From: Mizuhopecten yessoensis
Taxonomy: Eukaryota
DNA: 64,000 bases
Assembly: GCF_002113885.1 (NCBI RefSeq)
Contig: NW_018403686.1
Location: 459,961 to 523,960, forward strand
Reading direction: 5' to 3'
In this document: piece after piece, positions 26,029-41,000 of the stretch
How the letters are laid out: each line of letters starts with the position of its first letter
Numbering within the stretch: position 1 is the stretch's first letter
The notes under the pieces: model-generated
What the model saw: only the letters and a program-made list of their open reading frames with translations
What the model was told of the DNA's origin: nothing
Databases searched by the model: none
Translations under genes and position numbers: made by a program

Positions 26029-29000
26029 CTGTAAATATAATTGAACAGAACAGTTATGTTATTTCAATGTACTAATATCGATATTTACTGTCTGTACAAC
26101 AAAAACATTTCGGTCATATCCACTTACATACATGACGCACAGGTAGTAATATGTTACGGACAGTCGAAACCTTTATAACATAATTTATTTTCAATATTGA
26201 AGCATTTTATCGTTTATCGTTATCATTGAATATTTTGTTCATCTATCTATTATCGTACTATATGCACTTATTTTATAATTGTATTACTCTCTTGCTTTCA
26301 TTTCTTTTTTTCTTTTTAAAGGATGAAGAATAATGTTCTATCTAATGAAGAAGAAAACATATAGGTTTAAATGACGTCGATATAATACGTATGTATTAGA
26401 TTCAAGGGCAAATGTAGGAGCACGTGAAAACACAGAATTAAATTACCACCATGTACGTTAAAGTAGCATTTCCCCATCTTAATTCTCTAAAATTAATTGG
26501 TGAGAAAAACTCCAGTCATTACCGAACAATCATGTACGATTGTCTGAAAATAAGCCGTTATTTGTTTGTTATTCATTGGAATATCTTCAACATGTAAACA
26601 ACAACACAAACTGTTGTTATATGCAAATAGAGAAGTGATGTGTAGCTTTGAAAGGCCAAACATGGGTTTAAGCATAAAACTTAAATAAAACATAAATAGT
26701 ATTGTGTTATGAAAAAATTCCCCTTTTCAAAAATAGGTACAGTTTAACACCGTCACTTTATAACGCTGTAAATCCTATTCCCGGAGTTCAGTGTGGGGTT
26801 ACTCCTTTCTTTGCTAATGAAGTTTTGCATTAATAATCGGCCCCGTAAGGGCTCCAATATTATTCATGGCACAAAAACAAATAATCTCTCGACATATTTT
26901 TATATAAATACAGATAATTCTCAGTTAAAAACTTACCTAAATATCAATATTTAAAGGCGTATGTATTCAGATTTATATTGTCATAATTTAGAGGGTTTGG
27001 TATAAATGTCATTTTGATGGTGTAACAGCTGTTGAACATAACATAACATATTGAACAATGTGGTATGAATGACATTTTCAAGTTTCAATTTATTCCTATA
27101 TGCTTGTTTGTTTCGATATTGAATGAACCATATCAGCCTAACTGACGACAACATGTTCAGGACTACTCTAAGTATCCTATTCCCCCACGTTTTAAGACAA
27201 GCGGAGGGATTATCAAGTCTCAAATCTTTTTTCTATTATTTTTATAAGAAAAGGGGAACAGTCTACTACTTATGTAAGACTGCAGTAGCCAATAGTTAAT
27301 GTTCTTGTTTCTTTATATTTTCTCTATGATGACGATCATGAGAAAAGCTATTCAGACTAAACGGTAATTTAATAGCCATAATAATATTGTATTGCATATC
27401 TAATCAGACCTATCAGTTTTGTTAACGTTCAAGAGCCTAATTGTATTTAAACGTTTACCTTCCTCGACATCTCGTTTTGGATAAGTATAAGTTAGTCGAA
27501 ACCAGCCTGGTATCGGACAAAGCAATTCGGTCCCGGGGCAAATGTAGAGACCAGTATCCATAAACTTGTTGAACAGTTTGATTTCCTCTTCTTTTGTTCG
27601 TTCATTTAAAAACTGGCAAGAACAATGCTATATAAATAACATATACTATATTTCAATAATCAATATTGACAGTTTAACAGTCATTGTTTAATGAGGCACA
27701 ACATTCCTTGAAATTAGAAAACGTGCTACATTATGTAAAAATACCAATCGGATATCACACGTAAAGAATGTGGCATAATTCACTCGAGCCTTCTGGTTTC
27801 TTTTTTCCCCGAAATGTTGATTAGCCTATCTTACATATCGCACTTGTGTGTACGTTTGATCTCACAATGGGGCAAACGATTGTTAAATCGCACAGTTGTG
27901 CGGACGATGTGCGCACGACGATGTATGCACGGTGTGAGCACGGCAATATCAGTGCCTTTTGTGATCACATGACTGTAGGTTTTAAATTGAAAGTAACCAG
28001 TACCCCTATTCTTTGAGATTGATATTATCAATTCTGTTTTGAACAGAAGTCGAGACCAACTTTTGGATTTCATCTTTTTGGTCCCCAAGAACATCAATGA
28101 TACCTAGATGGACAAAATAGCTGCATGGTTCAGTCTAATTCCAGTCGTGACATGCCTGTCCATTGTTAATTTGAATTGATGTGCGTTCATCTAACGACGC
28201 TTCCACTTTTCGGTTCGGACTCTATGGTCTACGCACCAATGTTTACGAACCCCTTCTTATCAAATATAATAACATTAAGTTGATTACCTGAGACAAATCC
28301 ATCCAGAAAAAGATCACGTTTTCACAGCTGTATGATGTAGGTATTTTGAAGTCATCCAACACATCTTTAACAAGTTTATGATTCTCTTTTGCTCTGGTGT
28401 AATAGGTAGGGAAGTAAGTCTTGTCAATCCATTCTGGAACATAGGTATTTAATCATGACTGATCAACCAGTCGAGTATGCAAAACCATTACAGTAAAATC
28501 GCAGTAGAATCATTAATCTAATGAAATAATGAAATAACTATAAGATATAACTAGCAAACGTTTAAACAACGCCTGCAATCAAGTTATTATTACTGGGTGA
28601 AATTATTAACGTACAGATATGTTTTACGTTTCCGTGTGTATTTTTTTTATTGTATGTAGTTCTAATTCGTTTTATTCCCTACACGTGTTGAATATCGAAT
28701 ACCTGTGTCGGACAGAATGTCATTGATCAACAATTGTGTAGGGGCAGGAATGGAACAAAACGTTGCCATCTTCTGCAGGTAGTTGATGACCCTCACATCA
28801 TGAGAATATACAACACCACATCGAAATCCAGATAAACCAAAATCCTGCAAAACAATAAACTTTGTGACCTGGTAGTTGCAACTTCGTATTTGCTGTTTAT
28901 CTCGATTCTGAAAAATAAGGCGGTTTAGAACTGTAAATCAATTCGGAGATTTTAAACGATCAAAAACTGAGATCAACGATACTCGTCTTCTGCATCATTT

Positions 29001-32000
29001 ATCAATAATATACAACATTTGATATAGCACCATATTTAGCTAGAATAAACCACTCTTAAGCGCTTAACAGTACATAGATATACAATTAGTACAATTATCA
29101 TTTACATTAATCGATACAACTTTGAGGAATTCGCAGGAACTGCCTTATCAGGCGCTAACTACTTGTCCTATGCCACCAGACTAATATCGCCCTATGTGTG
29201 TATGCCTGCATGTGCTGGAGATGTATTGTTTTCTGTTTGTAGTGGGACCGTGCATCATTTAAAGTGCCCCTCACTTGAATGCTACATCACATGTTCCGCA
29301 ACATTCACCCCAGACCATTTTATACTCCACCTGACATGCTCGAGTTATTAGAGTTTTCTTAACTCGTTACCTTGCTTAAACCCCAAATGAAGTGAGTCTT
29401 GTCTGGGTCAGGAATTGTCATAGACAAGACACTTGTAAAACATCCTTGACCTTGTGTCGACAAAGCATAGATTTCATCAAATATGACGTGGAGATCCTCT
29501 CTGCAAATATACCAAATAAGGACTTTCAATTATTTGGTCAAAATTTAAAGGAAGATAATTATGAGAAATTGTCAGGGAAGCCAAGAAAGAAATGATGAAA
29601 TAATAATTTGAAAATTATTACCGTTTGCAGAACTCCATCAAATCAGCAAGTTCTTGCTTCGTATAAACCTTACCCGTAGGGTTACTCGGACTTGTTAAGA
29701 TCACTCCACGGACAGTTAAACCCTACAACATATCAGAAGTAGGAGTATATCAAATTATATAATTATAACATATTTAATTTTGATGAAAGATTATGGTAGA
29801 TAATGACTACATATTAATAAAAAGTATTCTGATGGTTTATTGTCACGCATCACACTAATAGTATTACTTCAAATAGCTTTGCAATATATTATGATGTTGA
29901 TCAATGTTGACAGTTTTGTGAATATTTTGTTTGCACCACCTTTTTTATTATAAGCCCATGTAACTGTAAAGAATTATTTCCGTTTTCTTTAAAACAAGTT
30001 GCTTAAAATTTAGAAGACGGGTTGGATAAAAAACGGTATTTCTACCTGACTCTTGAAATATCTGCCTTTTGAATTCAATATCGATGAACAGAATAGGACA
30101 TAGTATAGTAATGCATTACATTTACAGATATTACGGTTTATTGTAACACTTCCAACTTACCCGTTGTTTTGCTTTTAGTAGATATGATTCCAAAACATCG
30201 CTGCGCATTTTACATGGATCATCCGATGATTCGTCCTAGAAAACACAGCCCATGACAAATATTATATGATGAAAAAGTACAACGTGTATAGACTTTTCAG
30301 CATTCAATATTGGTCTATAATATGAATCTTCTTTTCAAGTCGTTGCCCAGTTACGAAAAAATGAATTTTAGATTGCCGAGTGCATACGTTGTTACTGTAT
30401 GACAACAAGCTACATCCGTTAGTTACAATCTAACAGTAGAACCCATGCTGGTTCGGGTAGGCATGCTGTATCCCACAGTATTATCGTAAGAGGCGACTTA
30501 TGTGGGACCACTGCAGAACTGTGCGTAGTTTCTTCCTGGTCTTCTATTTAGGGGACATTGAAGCAATCAATGATAACCCCGCTGCATGTATATCGTAGAA
30601 GGCGACTAGTGTGGACCGCCCTGAAGAATCCTGGGTTTTCTCCTGTGACTTCTAAGAACGGGACAGGGAAGAGAGCAACATCGATCTGCTGCCCCCATTG
30701 CAAACACTTGGTATCTTTTTCGTTTCCTATCTTTCCTGTTTTCTTTCTGTTCTATCTACTTTCTGTTACAGACGGTGTCTCCCTAGACACCTGTCCTCAT
30801 ATGATCCTGGCTGTTGCTAGGAACTTAGAACCCAAACAAACAAACTCTAAGAATATTTGTTAGATCATCTGAGTAATAAACCAAGCAGAGCAAATGTCCT
30901 GTTCAAAATTGCCATAATTCCGAATATAACAGTGTATGTTCCAAACAACATCAAAATGTAGACTTACATCAAACATTGGGACCTCGTAGATATCTACTCC
31001 ACCTATGTCTAACATGTCGTATTTAAGTCTGGTGTACGCCGGGGTAGGGCACAGGAAAACATCTGTCAACAATTACATTAAATTAGTAATCTATATTGAT
31101 GTAAATTCACACCATTCGTATCAGGTAATTATTTTCTAATAACTACCAGTTAGATTTATTATATTCTGCCTCTTTCATTGATCAAATAATCAATTGGCAG
31201 ATCAAAAATATGAATTTCAAGAACTACTTGTCACAAATATATCCTTCAGAACTTGTTATCAAAATACACCACAGACTTTAAATAAGAATATGACTGGTTA
31301 CATAATTAGGTAGTGCAGAACACTCCAAACGAAACAATAATGACAAATAGGAGATATAGAAAGGTGTGACATCCTGATGTTCGTCATACCTCCAACATCT
31401 GCCAGAGTGAACGCCAGTGCGTTTATGGTTGTTGCTACCCCACTCAACAGTATGATCTGAAATGATAATATGTAAGTTCTTAACTATGGGTAAAGGAAAT
31501 CATGTGGCTGAGTTTAAGCTTATATCAGTTTATGAGCAATGCATTTAATAATCAAGAACACACTACAATAGTGTTGGTTTGCATAAGTGCTTTAATATCA
31601 TTTATTGATGTTTAAATGCATGAGAGATTTCGTTAACGTTAAAAACAAAAATGGATAAAATTCAAATGGCAATATTGTGTTAGGTGCAAATACATTTGTT
31701 CATTTCTTTTACAATCAAATTACTATTCAACGTGACAGCATATTTGATATACATTAATTAATATATTATATTTGATATACATCATTTTTGTAATATACAT
31801 TATGTATTTCGAATTTAATATAGTCACAAGTGGTCAAACATGTACTTACATCTGATCTTCACATGACTTACCTTTTCCTCTTGGATTTTCATCTTGCTTT
31901 TGAAACGATCCTCGATAAACTTGCTGAAGGTCTTTCTCACTCTTTAACATTATGAAAGAAAAATCCACATAACTACATTTAGCAACCGAAATAACAATTG

Positions 32001-35000
32001 AAAAACAACTAGAAAACTCGCAGATAACATTTGAGACAATGTGTTTGCGGCTTATTTCACTTTTCTCGATTCAACTAAACTGCAGTCATTATAGCACAAA
32101 AATCATCGGTAAGGCGGAATAGAAAGCAGAATAAAAAGTTACTATTGGGAAATACTATATCCACTGTTTGAAGATTTGTCAAAACAATAAATCTGCAGGT
32201 AGTCTGTCTGCGTTATTTTCATGTCAATTTGACGCGGGCAGTTTGAGCAATAGGCAATTGGATCTGACTATCACTGGTCATCTTTACAATGCTAAACACG
32301 TGACAAAGTTTGAATAATACTTTCCAATAGCACTCCAGTTTAATCATGTTCGTGGAAACTAAGCAACTAGTATGATAATCGAGGAGATAAACATTCTTAG
32401 AATACTATTCATCGCAGTTTTCGTCTAATGATAACCCTTTATCATTCGAAGATGGTAAGCTGATCATTTAAGATATATCATTTGGCCGTTTAAAATGGGG
32501 AAATTGAATACAAGAACTGTCACGCAAAATGCTTACAATTGTGTGTACATTAGTATTTCGTATATTTTAAATGTATCTACAAATTCATAACCAACATACA
32601 TACTAAATGTATAAAAGCTACACTAATGATGGCATTTCATGTAAGGTAAAATAAACTGTCCAAATTAATCATTACTATGTCGTCTATATAATATATCAAG
32701 TACTGTATCATTGGTACTATAGGCGTGCAGTGTGCATCTGTAATATATACAATGTACAGTAGAGTTTCCCTAGTACCTAGTGTCGTGAACCTATATAGTT
32801 AATACGGTACAGTTATCCTAGTACCAGTGTCGTGTACGTCTATAGTCAATACGGTACAGTAACCCCAGTTCCAGTGTCGTGCATGTCTGTAGTATATACG
32901 GTACAGTTACCCTAGTAACAGTGTCGTGTATGTCTGTAGTATATACGGTACAGTTACCCTAGTTCCAGTGTCGTGTATGTCCGTAGTAAATACGGTACAG
33001 TAACCCTAGTTCCAGTGTCGTGCATGTCTGTAGTATATACGGTACAGTTACCCTAGTTCCAGTGTCGTGTATGTCCGTAGTAAATACGGTACAGTAACCC
33101 TAGTTCCAGTGTCGTGCATGTCTGTAGTATATACGGTACAGTTACCCTAGTAACAGTGTCGTGTATGTCTGTAGTATATACGGTACAGTTACCCTAGTAA
33201 CAGTGTCGTGTATGTCTGTAGTATATACGGTACAGTTACCCTGGTATCAGTGTCGTGTATGTCTGTAGTATATACGGTACAGTTATCCTAGTAACAGTGT
33301 CGTGTATATCAGTAGTATATACGGTACAGTTACCCTGGTATCAGTATCGTGTATGTCTGTAGTATATACGGTACAGACATACACGACACTGTTACAAGGG
33401 TAACTGTACCCTATATACTACAGACATATACGGTACAGTTTTCCTAGTAACGGTGTTGTGTATGTCTATAATATATACGGTACAGTAACCCCAGTTCCAG
33501 TGTCGTGCATGTCTGTAGTATAGACGGTACAGTTACCCTAATAACATTGTCGTGTATTGTATGTCTGAAGTATGTACGGTACAGTTACCATGGTATCAGT
33601 GTCGTGTTTGTCTATAGTTAATACGGTACAGTTATTCTAGTAACAGTGTCTTGCATGTCTTTAGTATATACGGTACCGTTACCCTAGTAACAGGGTCGTG
33701 TATGTCTGTGGTATATACGGTACAGGTATATACGGTACAGGTATATACGGTACAGGTATATACGGTACAGACATACACGACCCTGTTACTAGGGTAACTG
33801 TAACGTATATACTACAGACCTACACGACACTGATAGCAGGGTAACTGTACCATATATACTATAGACATGCACGACACTGGAACTAGGGTTACTGTACCGT
33901 ATTTACTACGGACATACACGACACTAATACCAGGGTAACTGCACCGCATATACTACAGACATAAACGACACTGTTACTAGGAAAACTGTACCGTATATGC
34001 TTCAGACATACACGACATGTACCGTATATACTAAAGACATACACGACACAGATACCAGGGTAACTTTACCGTATATACTACTGACATACACGACACTAGA
34101 CATACACGACACAGATACCAGGGTAACTGTCCCGTATATACTACTGACATACACGACACTAATACCAGGGTAACTGCACCGTATATACTACATACATACA
34201 CGACACTGGTACTAGGATAACTGTACCGAATATACTACAGACATAGACGACACTGTTACTATGGTAACTGTACCGTAGATACTACAGACATACACGATAC
34301 TGTTACTAGCGTAACTGTGCCGTATATACTATAAACATACATGACTCTGGAACTAAGGTTACTGTACCGCATTAACTTTATACATACACGGCAATGTTGC
34401 TAGGGTAACTGTACTTATTGACTATAGACGTGTACAGTTACCCTGGGATCAGTGTCGTGTATGTGTCTGTAGTATATAGGGTACAGTTACCCTTGTAACA
34501 TTGTCGTGTATGTCTGAAGGATATACGGTACAGTTTCCCTGGTATCAGTGTCGTGTTTGTCTATAGTCAATAAGTACAGTTACCCTAGTATCAGTGTTGT
34601 GTATGTGTGTAGTATATGCGGTACAGTTACCCTAATAACATTGTCGTGTATGTCTATTGTCAATACGATACAGTTATCCTAGTAACTGTGTCGTGCATGT
34701 CTATAGTATATACGGTACATGTCGTGTATGTCTGTGGTATATACGGTACAGTAACTCTTGTAACAGTGTCATGTACGTCTATAGTATATACGGAACAGTT
34801 ATCCTAGTAACGGTGTCGTGTATGTCTTTAGTATATACGGTACCGTTATCCTAGTAACAGTGTTGTGTATGTGTGTAGTATATGCGGTACAGTTACCCTT
34901 GTAACATTGTCGTGTATGTCTGAAGCATATACGGTACAGTTATCCTATTAACAGTGTCGTGTATATGGCTGTAGTATATACGGTAAAGTTATCCTAGTAA

Positions 35001-38000
35001 CTGTGTCGTGCATGTCTGTAGTATAGACGGTACAGTTACCCTAATAACATTGTCGTGTATGTCTGGAGTATATACGGTACATTTACCCTAGTAACAGAGT
35101 CGTGCATGTCTGTAGTATCTACGGTAAAGTTACCCTGGTATCGTAGTATATACGGTAGAGTTACCCTGGTATCGTAGTATATACGGTAGATTTACCCTAG
35201 TAACAGGGTCGTGTATGTCTGTATATACGGTACAGACATACACGATAATGATACCAGGGTAACTTTACCGTAGATACTACAGACATAAACGACACTGTTA
35301 CTAGGGTTACTGTATCGTATATCCTTCAGACATACACGACAATGTTATTAGGGTAACTGTACCGTAGATACTACAGACATACGCGACACTGTTACTAGCG
35401 TAACTGTGCCGTATATACTACAGAAATACACGACACTGATCCCAGGGTAACTGTACCGTCTATACTATAAACATACATGGCTCTGGTACTAAGGTTACTG
35501 TATCGCATTGACTTTATACAAACACGGCACTGTTGCTAGGGTAACTGAACCTTATTGACTATAGACGTGTACGGCACTTGTACTAGGGTAGCTGTACCGT
35601 ATATACCACAGACATACACGACACCGCTACTAGGATAACTGTACAGTATATACTACAGACACATACACGACACTGGTACTAGGATAACTGTTCCGTATAT
35701 ACTATAGACGTTCATGACACTGATACTAGGATAACTGTACAGTATATACTACAGACAAATACACGACACTGATGCCAGGGCAACTGTACCGTATATCCTT
35801 CAGACATACACGACAATGTTACAAGGGTAACTGTACCCTATATACTACAGACACATACACGACACTGATCCCAGGGTAACTGTACCATATATACTATAGA
35901 CATGCACGACACTGGAACTAGGGTTACTGTATCGTATATACTACAGACCTACACGACACTGATAGCAGGGTAACTGTACCGCATATACTACAGACATAGA
36001 CGACACTGTTACTAGGGCAACAGTACCGCATAGTCTATAGACGTACATGACACTGTTACAAGAGTTACTGTACCGTATATACAGACATACACGACATGTA
36101 CCGTATATACTAAAGACATACACGACACAGATACCAGGGTAACTGTACACGTCTATAGTCAATAAGGTACAGTTACCCTAATAACATTGTCGTGTATGTC
36201 TATAGCAAATACGGTACAGTTATCATAGTAACAGTGTCGTATATGTCTATAACAAATACGGTACAGTTATCCGAGTAACAGAGTCGTGCATGTCTGTAGT
36301 ATATACGTTACAGTTACCCTAGTGCAAGTGTCGTACACGTCTATAGTCAATAAGGTACAGTTACCCTAGCAACAGTGCCGTGTATGTATAAAGTCAATGC
36401 GGTACAGTAACCTTAGTACCAGAGTCATGTATGTTTATAGTATATACGGTACAGTAACTCTTGTAACAGTGTCATGTACGTCTATAGACTATGCGGTACT
36501 GTTGCCCTAGTAACAGTGTCGTGGATGTCTATGGTGTATACGATACAGTTACCCTAGTAACAGTGTCGTGTACGTCTATAGCAAATACGGTAAGTTACCC
36601 AAGAACCAGTGTCGTGTATGTATCAAGCATATACGGTACAGTTATCCTAGTATCAGTGTCATGTACGTCTATAGTATATACGGTACAGTTATCCTAGTAA
36701 CAGTGTCGTGTTTGTCTATAGTATATACTGTACAGTTACCCTAGTAACAGTGTCGTGTATGTCTATAGCAAATACGGTAAGTTACCCAAGTACCAGTATC
36801 GTGTATGTATCAAGTATATACGATATAGTTATCCTAGTATCAGTGTCATGTACGTCTATAGTATATACGGTACAGTTATCCTAGTAACAGTGTCGTGTTT
36901 GTCTATAGTATATACTGTACAGTTACCCTAGTAACAGTGTCGTGTATGTCTATAGTATATACGGTACAGTTACCCTGGTATCAGTGTCGTGTTTGTCTAT
37001 AGTATATACGGTACAGTTATCCTAGTATCAGTGTCATGTACGTCTATAGTATATATGGTACAGTTACCCTAGTAACAGTGTCGTGTACGTCTGTAGTATA
37101 TACGGTAGAGTTATCCTAGTATCAGTGTCGTGTGTATATGTCTGTAGTATATACGGTACAGTTACCCTAGTAACAGTGTCGTGTACGTCTGTAGTATATA
37201 CGGTAGAGTTATCCTAGTATCAGTGTCGTGTATGTCTATAGTCAATACGATACAGTTATCCTAGTAACAGTGTCGTATATGTCTGTAGTATATACGGTAC
37301 AGTTACCCTAGTAACATTGTCGTGCATGTCTATAGTCAATACGATACAGTTATCCTAGTAACAGTGTCGTGTATGTCTATAGCAAATACGGTAAGTTACC
37401 CAGGTACCAGTGTCGTGTACGTCTATAGTCAATACGGTACATAGTAACAGTGTCGTATATGTCTATAGCAAATACGGGAAGTTACCCAAGTACCAGAGTC
37501 GTGTATGTATCAAGCATATACGGTACAGTTATCCTTGTATCAGTGCCGGATATGTCTATAGTATATACAGTACAGTTATCCTAGTAGCAGTGTCGTGTAT
37601 GTATCAAGTATATACGGGACAGTTATCCTAGTATCAGTGTGATGTACGTCTATAGTATATATGGTACAGTTACCCTGGTATCAGTGTCGTGTTTGTCTAT
37701 AGTATATATGGTACAGTTACCCTAGTATCAGTGTCATGTACGTCTATAATATATACGGTACAGTAACCCTAGTAACATTGTCGTAGTATATACGGTACAG
37801 TAATCCTAGTATCAGTGCCGTATATGTCTATAGTATATACGGTACAGTTATCCTAGTATCAGTGTGATGTACGTCTATAGTATATACGGTATAGTTATCC
37901 TAGTATCAGTGTCGTGTATGTCTATAGTATATACGGTACAGTTATCCTAGTATCAGTGTCATGTACGTCTATAGTATATACGGTACAGTTACCCTAGTAA

Positions 38001-41000
38001 CAGTGTCGTGTACGTCTGTAGTATATACGGTACAGTTATCCTAGTAACGGTGTCGTGTATGTCTATAGTCAATACGATACAGTTATCCTAGTAACAGTGT
38101 CGTATATGTCTGTAGTATATACGGTACAGTTACCCTAATAACATTGTCGTGTATGTCTATTGTCAATACGATACAGTTATCCTAGTAACAGTGTCGTGTA
38201 TGTCTATAGTATATACGGTACAGTTACCCTGGTATCAGTGTCGTATATGTCTATAGCAAATACGGTACAGTTACCCTAGTAACAGTGTCGTGTATGTCTA
38301 TAATATATACGGTACAGTTACCTGGTATCAGTGTCGTATATGTCTATAGTCAATACGGTACAGTTATCCTAGTATCAGTGCCGTATATGTCTATAGTATA
38401 TACGGTACAGTTATCCTAGTAACAGTGTCGTGTATGTCTATAGTCAATACGGTACAGTTATCCTAGTATCAGTGCCATATATGTCTATAGTATATACGGT
38501 ACAGTTATCCTAGTATCAGTGTCATGTACGTCTATAGTATATACGGTACAGTTACCCTAGTAACAGTGTCGTGTATGTCTATAATATATACGGTACAGTT
38601 ACCCTAGTATCAGTGTCGTGTATGTCTATAGTCAATACGGTACAGTTATCCTAGTAACAGTGTCGTATATGTCTATTGCAAATACGGTACAGTTACCCTG
38701 GTATCAGTGTCATATACGTCTATAATATATACGGTACAGTTACCCTAGTATCAGTGTCGTGTATGTCTATAGTCAATACGGTACAGTTACCCTAGTAACA
38801 GTGTCGTATATGTCTATAGCAAATACGGTACAGTTACCCTGGTATCAGTGTCATGTACGTCTATAATATATACGGTACAGTTACCCTAGTATCAGTGTAA
38901 TGTACGTCTATAGTATATACGTTACAGTTACCCTAGTAACAGTGTCGTGTATGTCTATAATATATACGGTACAGTTACCCTAGTAACAGTGTCGTGTTTG
39001 TCTATAGTATATACGGTACAGTTATCCTAGTAACAGTGTCGTGTATGTCTATAATATATACGGTACAGTTACCCTAGTAACAGTGTCGTGTTTGTCTATA
39101 GTATATACGGTACAGTTATCCTAGTATCAGTGTCGTATATGTCTATAGTATATACGGTACAGTTACCCTGGTATCAGTGTCGTATATGTCTATAGCAAAT
39201 ACGGTACAGTTACCCTAGTAACAGTGTCGTGTTTGTCTATAGTCAATACGGTACAGTTATCCTAGTATCAGTGTCGTATATGTCTATAGTATATATGGTA
39301 CAGTTACCCTGGTATCAGTGTCGTATATGTCTATAGTATATACGGTACAGTTACCCTAGTAACAGTGTCGTGTTTGTCTATAGTCAATACGGTACAGTTA
39401 CCCTGGTATCTGTGTCGTATATGTCTATAGTATATATTGTACTGTTTCACAAGTACATGTGTCGTGCACGTCTATATTCTATACAGAACAACAGTCAAAT
39501 GTACCTGATAATTAGTGATGTGAACGGCTTTAGTATATACAGAACAGTTCCTTATTACACTGTACCAGTGTCGTTCGCGTGTATAGTAGCATGTACAATG
39601 ATCAGTACATTTGTCCTAGTATCAGTATCGTGTAAGAAGACCAGTTACTCTAGTCCCAGTTTTGTGTGTTCAGAACAGTTTCCCAAATACCAGTGTTGTG
39701 TAAACAGAGCAGTTTCCCTAGTACCAGTATCGTGGAAGAAGAACAGTTACCATAGTGGCAGTGTTGTGTAAGCCGACCAATTACCCTAGTACTAGTGTTG
39801 TGTAAGCACAGCAGTTACCCTAGTACCAGTGTTGTGTAAGCAGAGCAGTTACCCTAGTTCCAGTGTTGTGTAAGCAGAGCAGTTTCCCTAGTACCAGTAT
39901 CCTGTAAGAAGAACAGTTACCATAGTGTCAGTGTTGTGTAAGCAGACCAATTACCCTAGTACCAGTGTTGTGTGAGCAGAGCAGTTACCCTAGTACCAGT
40001 GTTGTGTAAGCAGAGCAGTCACCCTAGTACCAGTGTTGTGTACACAGAGCAGTTTCCCTAGTACCAGTATCGTGTAAGAAGAACAGTTACCATAGTGTCA
40101 GTGTTGTGTAAGCAGACCAATTACCCTAGTACTAGTGTTGTGTAAGCAGACCAATTACCCTAGTACCAGTGTTGTGTAAGCAGAGCAGTCACCCTAGTAC
40201 CAGTGTTGTGTACCCAGAGCAGTTTCCCTAGTACCAGTATCGTGTAAGAAGAACAGTTACCATAGTGGCGGTGTTGTGTAAGCAGACCAATTACCCTAGT
40301 ACTAGTATCGTGTAAGCAGAGCAGTTACCCTAGTACCGGTGTTGTGTAAGCAGTTCAGTTACCCTAGTACCAGTGTTGTGTAAGCAGACCAGTTACCTTA
40401 GTACCAGTGTTGTGTAAACAGACCAGTTACCCTAGTACCAGTGTTGTGTAAGCAGAGCAGTTACCCTAGTACCAGTGTTGTGTAAGCAGAGCAGTTACCC
40501 TAGTGCCAGTATCGTGTAGGCAGAGCAGTTACCTTAGTACCAGTGTTGTGTGATCAGAGCAGTTACCCTAGTACCAGTGTTGTGTAAGCAGATCAGTTAC
40601 CCTAGTACCAGTGTTGTGTAAGCAGAGCAGTTACCCTAGTAACAGTATCGTGTAAGCAGAGCAGTTACCCTATATATGTACCAGTATCGTGTAAGCAGAG
40701 CAGTTACCCTAGTACCAGTGTTGTGTAAGCAGAACAGTTACCCTAGTACAAGTGTTGTGTAAACAGAGCAGTTTACCTAGCCGCAGTGTTGTTTACGTCT
40801 TTATTTTAAACGGTACAGTTACCCTAGTGGTAGTGTTGTGTACGTCTTTACTTTAAACTATAGAGTTACCCTAGTACCAGTGTTTTGTGTGTCTAAAGTA
40901 TACTACAATGTAGTATATATACAATGCACTGTTCATTTATCCTAGTACAAGTGTCGTATACGTCAATAGTATATTGATCAAGTGTGGATTCTGTTTTATA

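Noticed and set aside
34616-39771. ORFs inside the satellite (e.g. 39370-39771), and similarly 59448-60305
   Set aside because: Translations of tandem repeats; unit lengths are not multiples of three and stops are frequent
32750-40970. CRISPR-like repeat-spacer array
   Set aside because: Units are contiguous near-identical monomers with no unique spacers, there are no cas genes, and the array sits in a eukaryotic intron
32750-40970. Telomere-like TAACCC/TTACCCTAG motif
   Set aside because: Only one partial hexamer per unit; no (TTAGGG)n run
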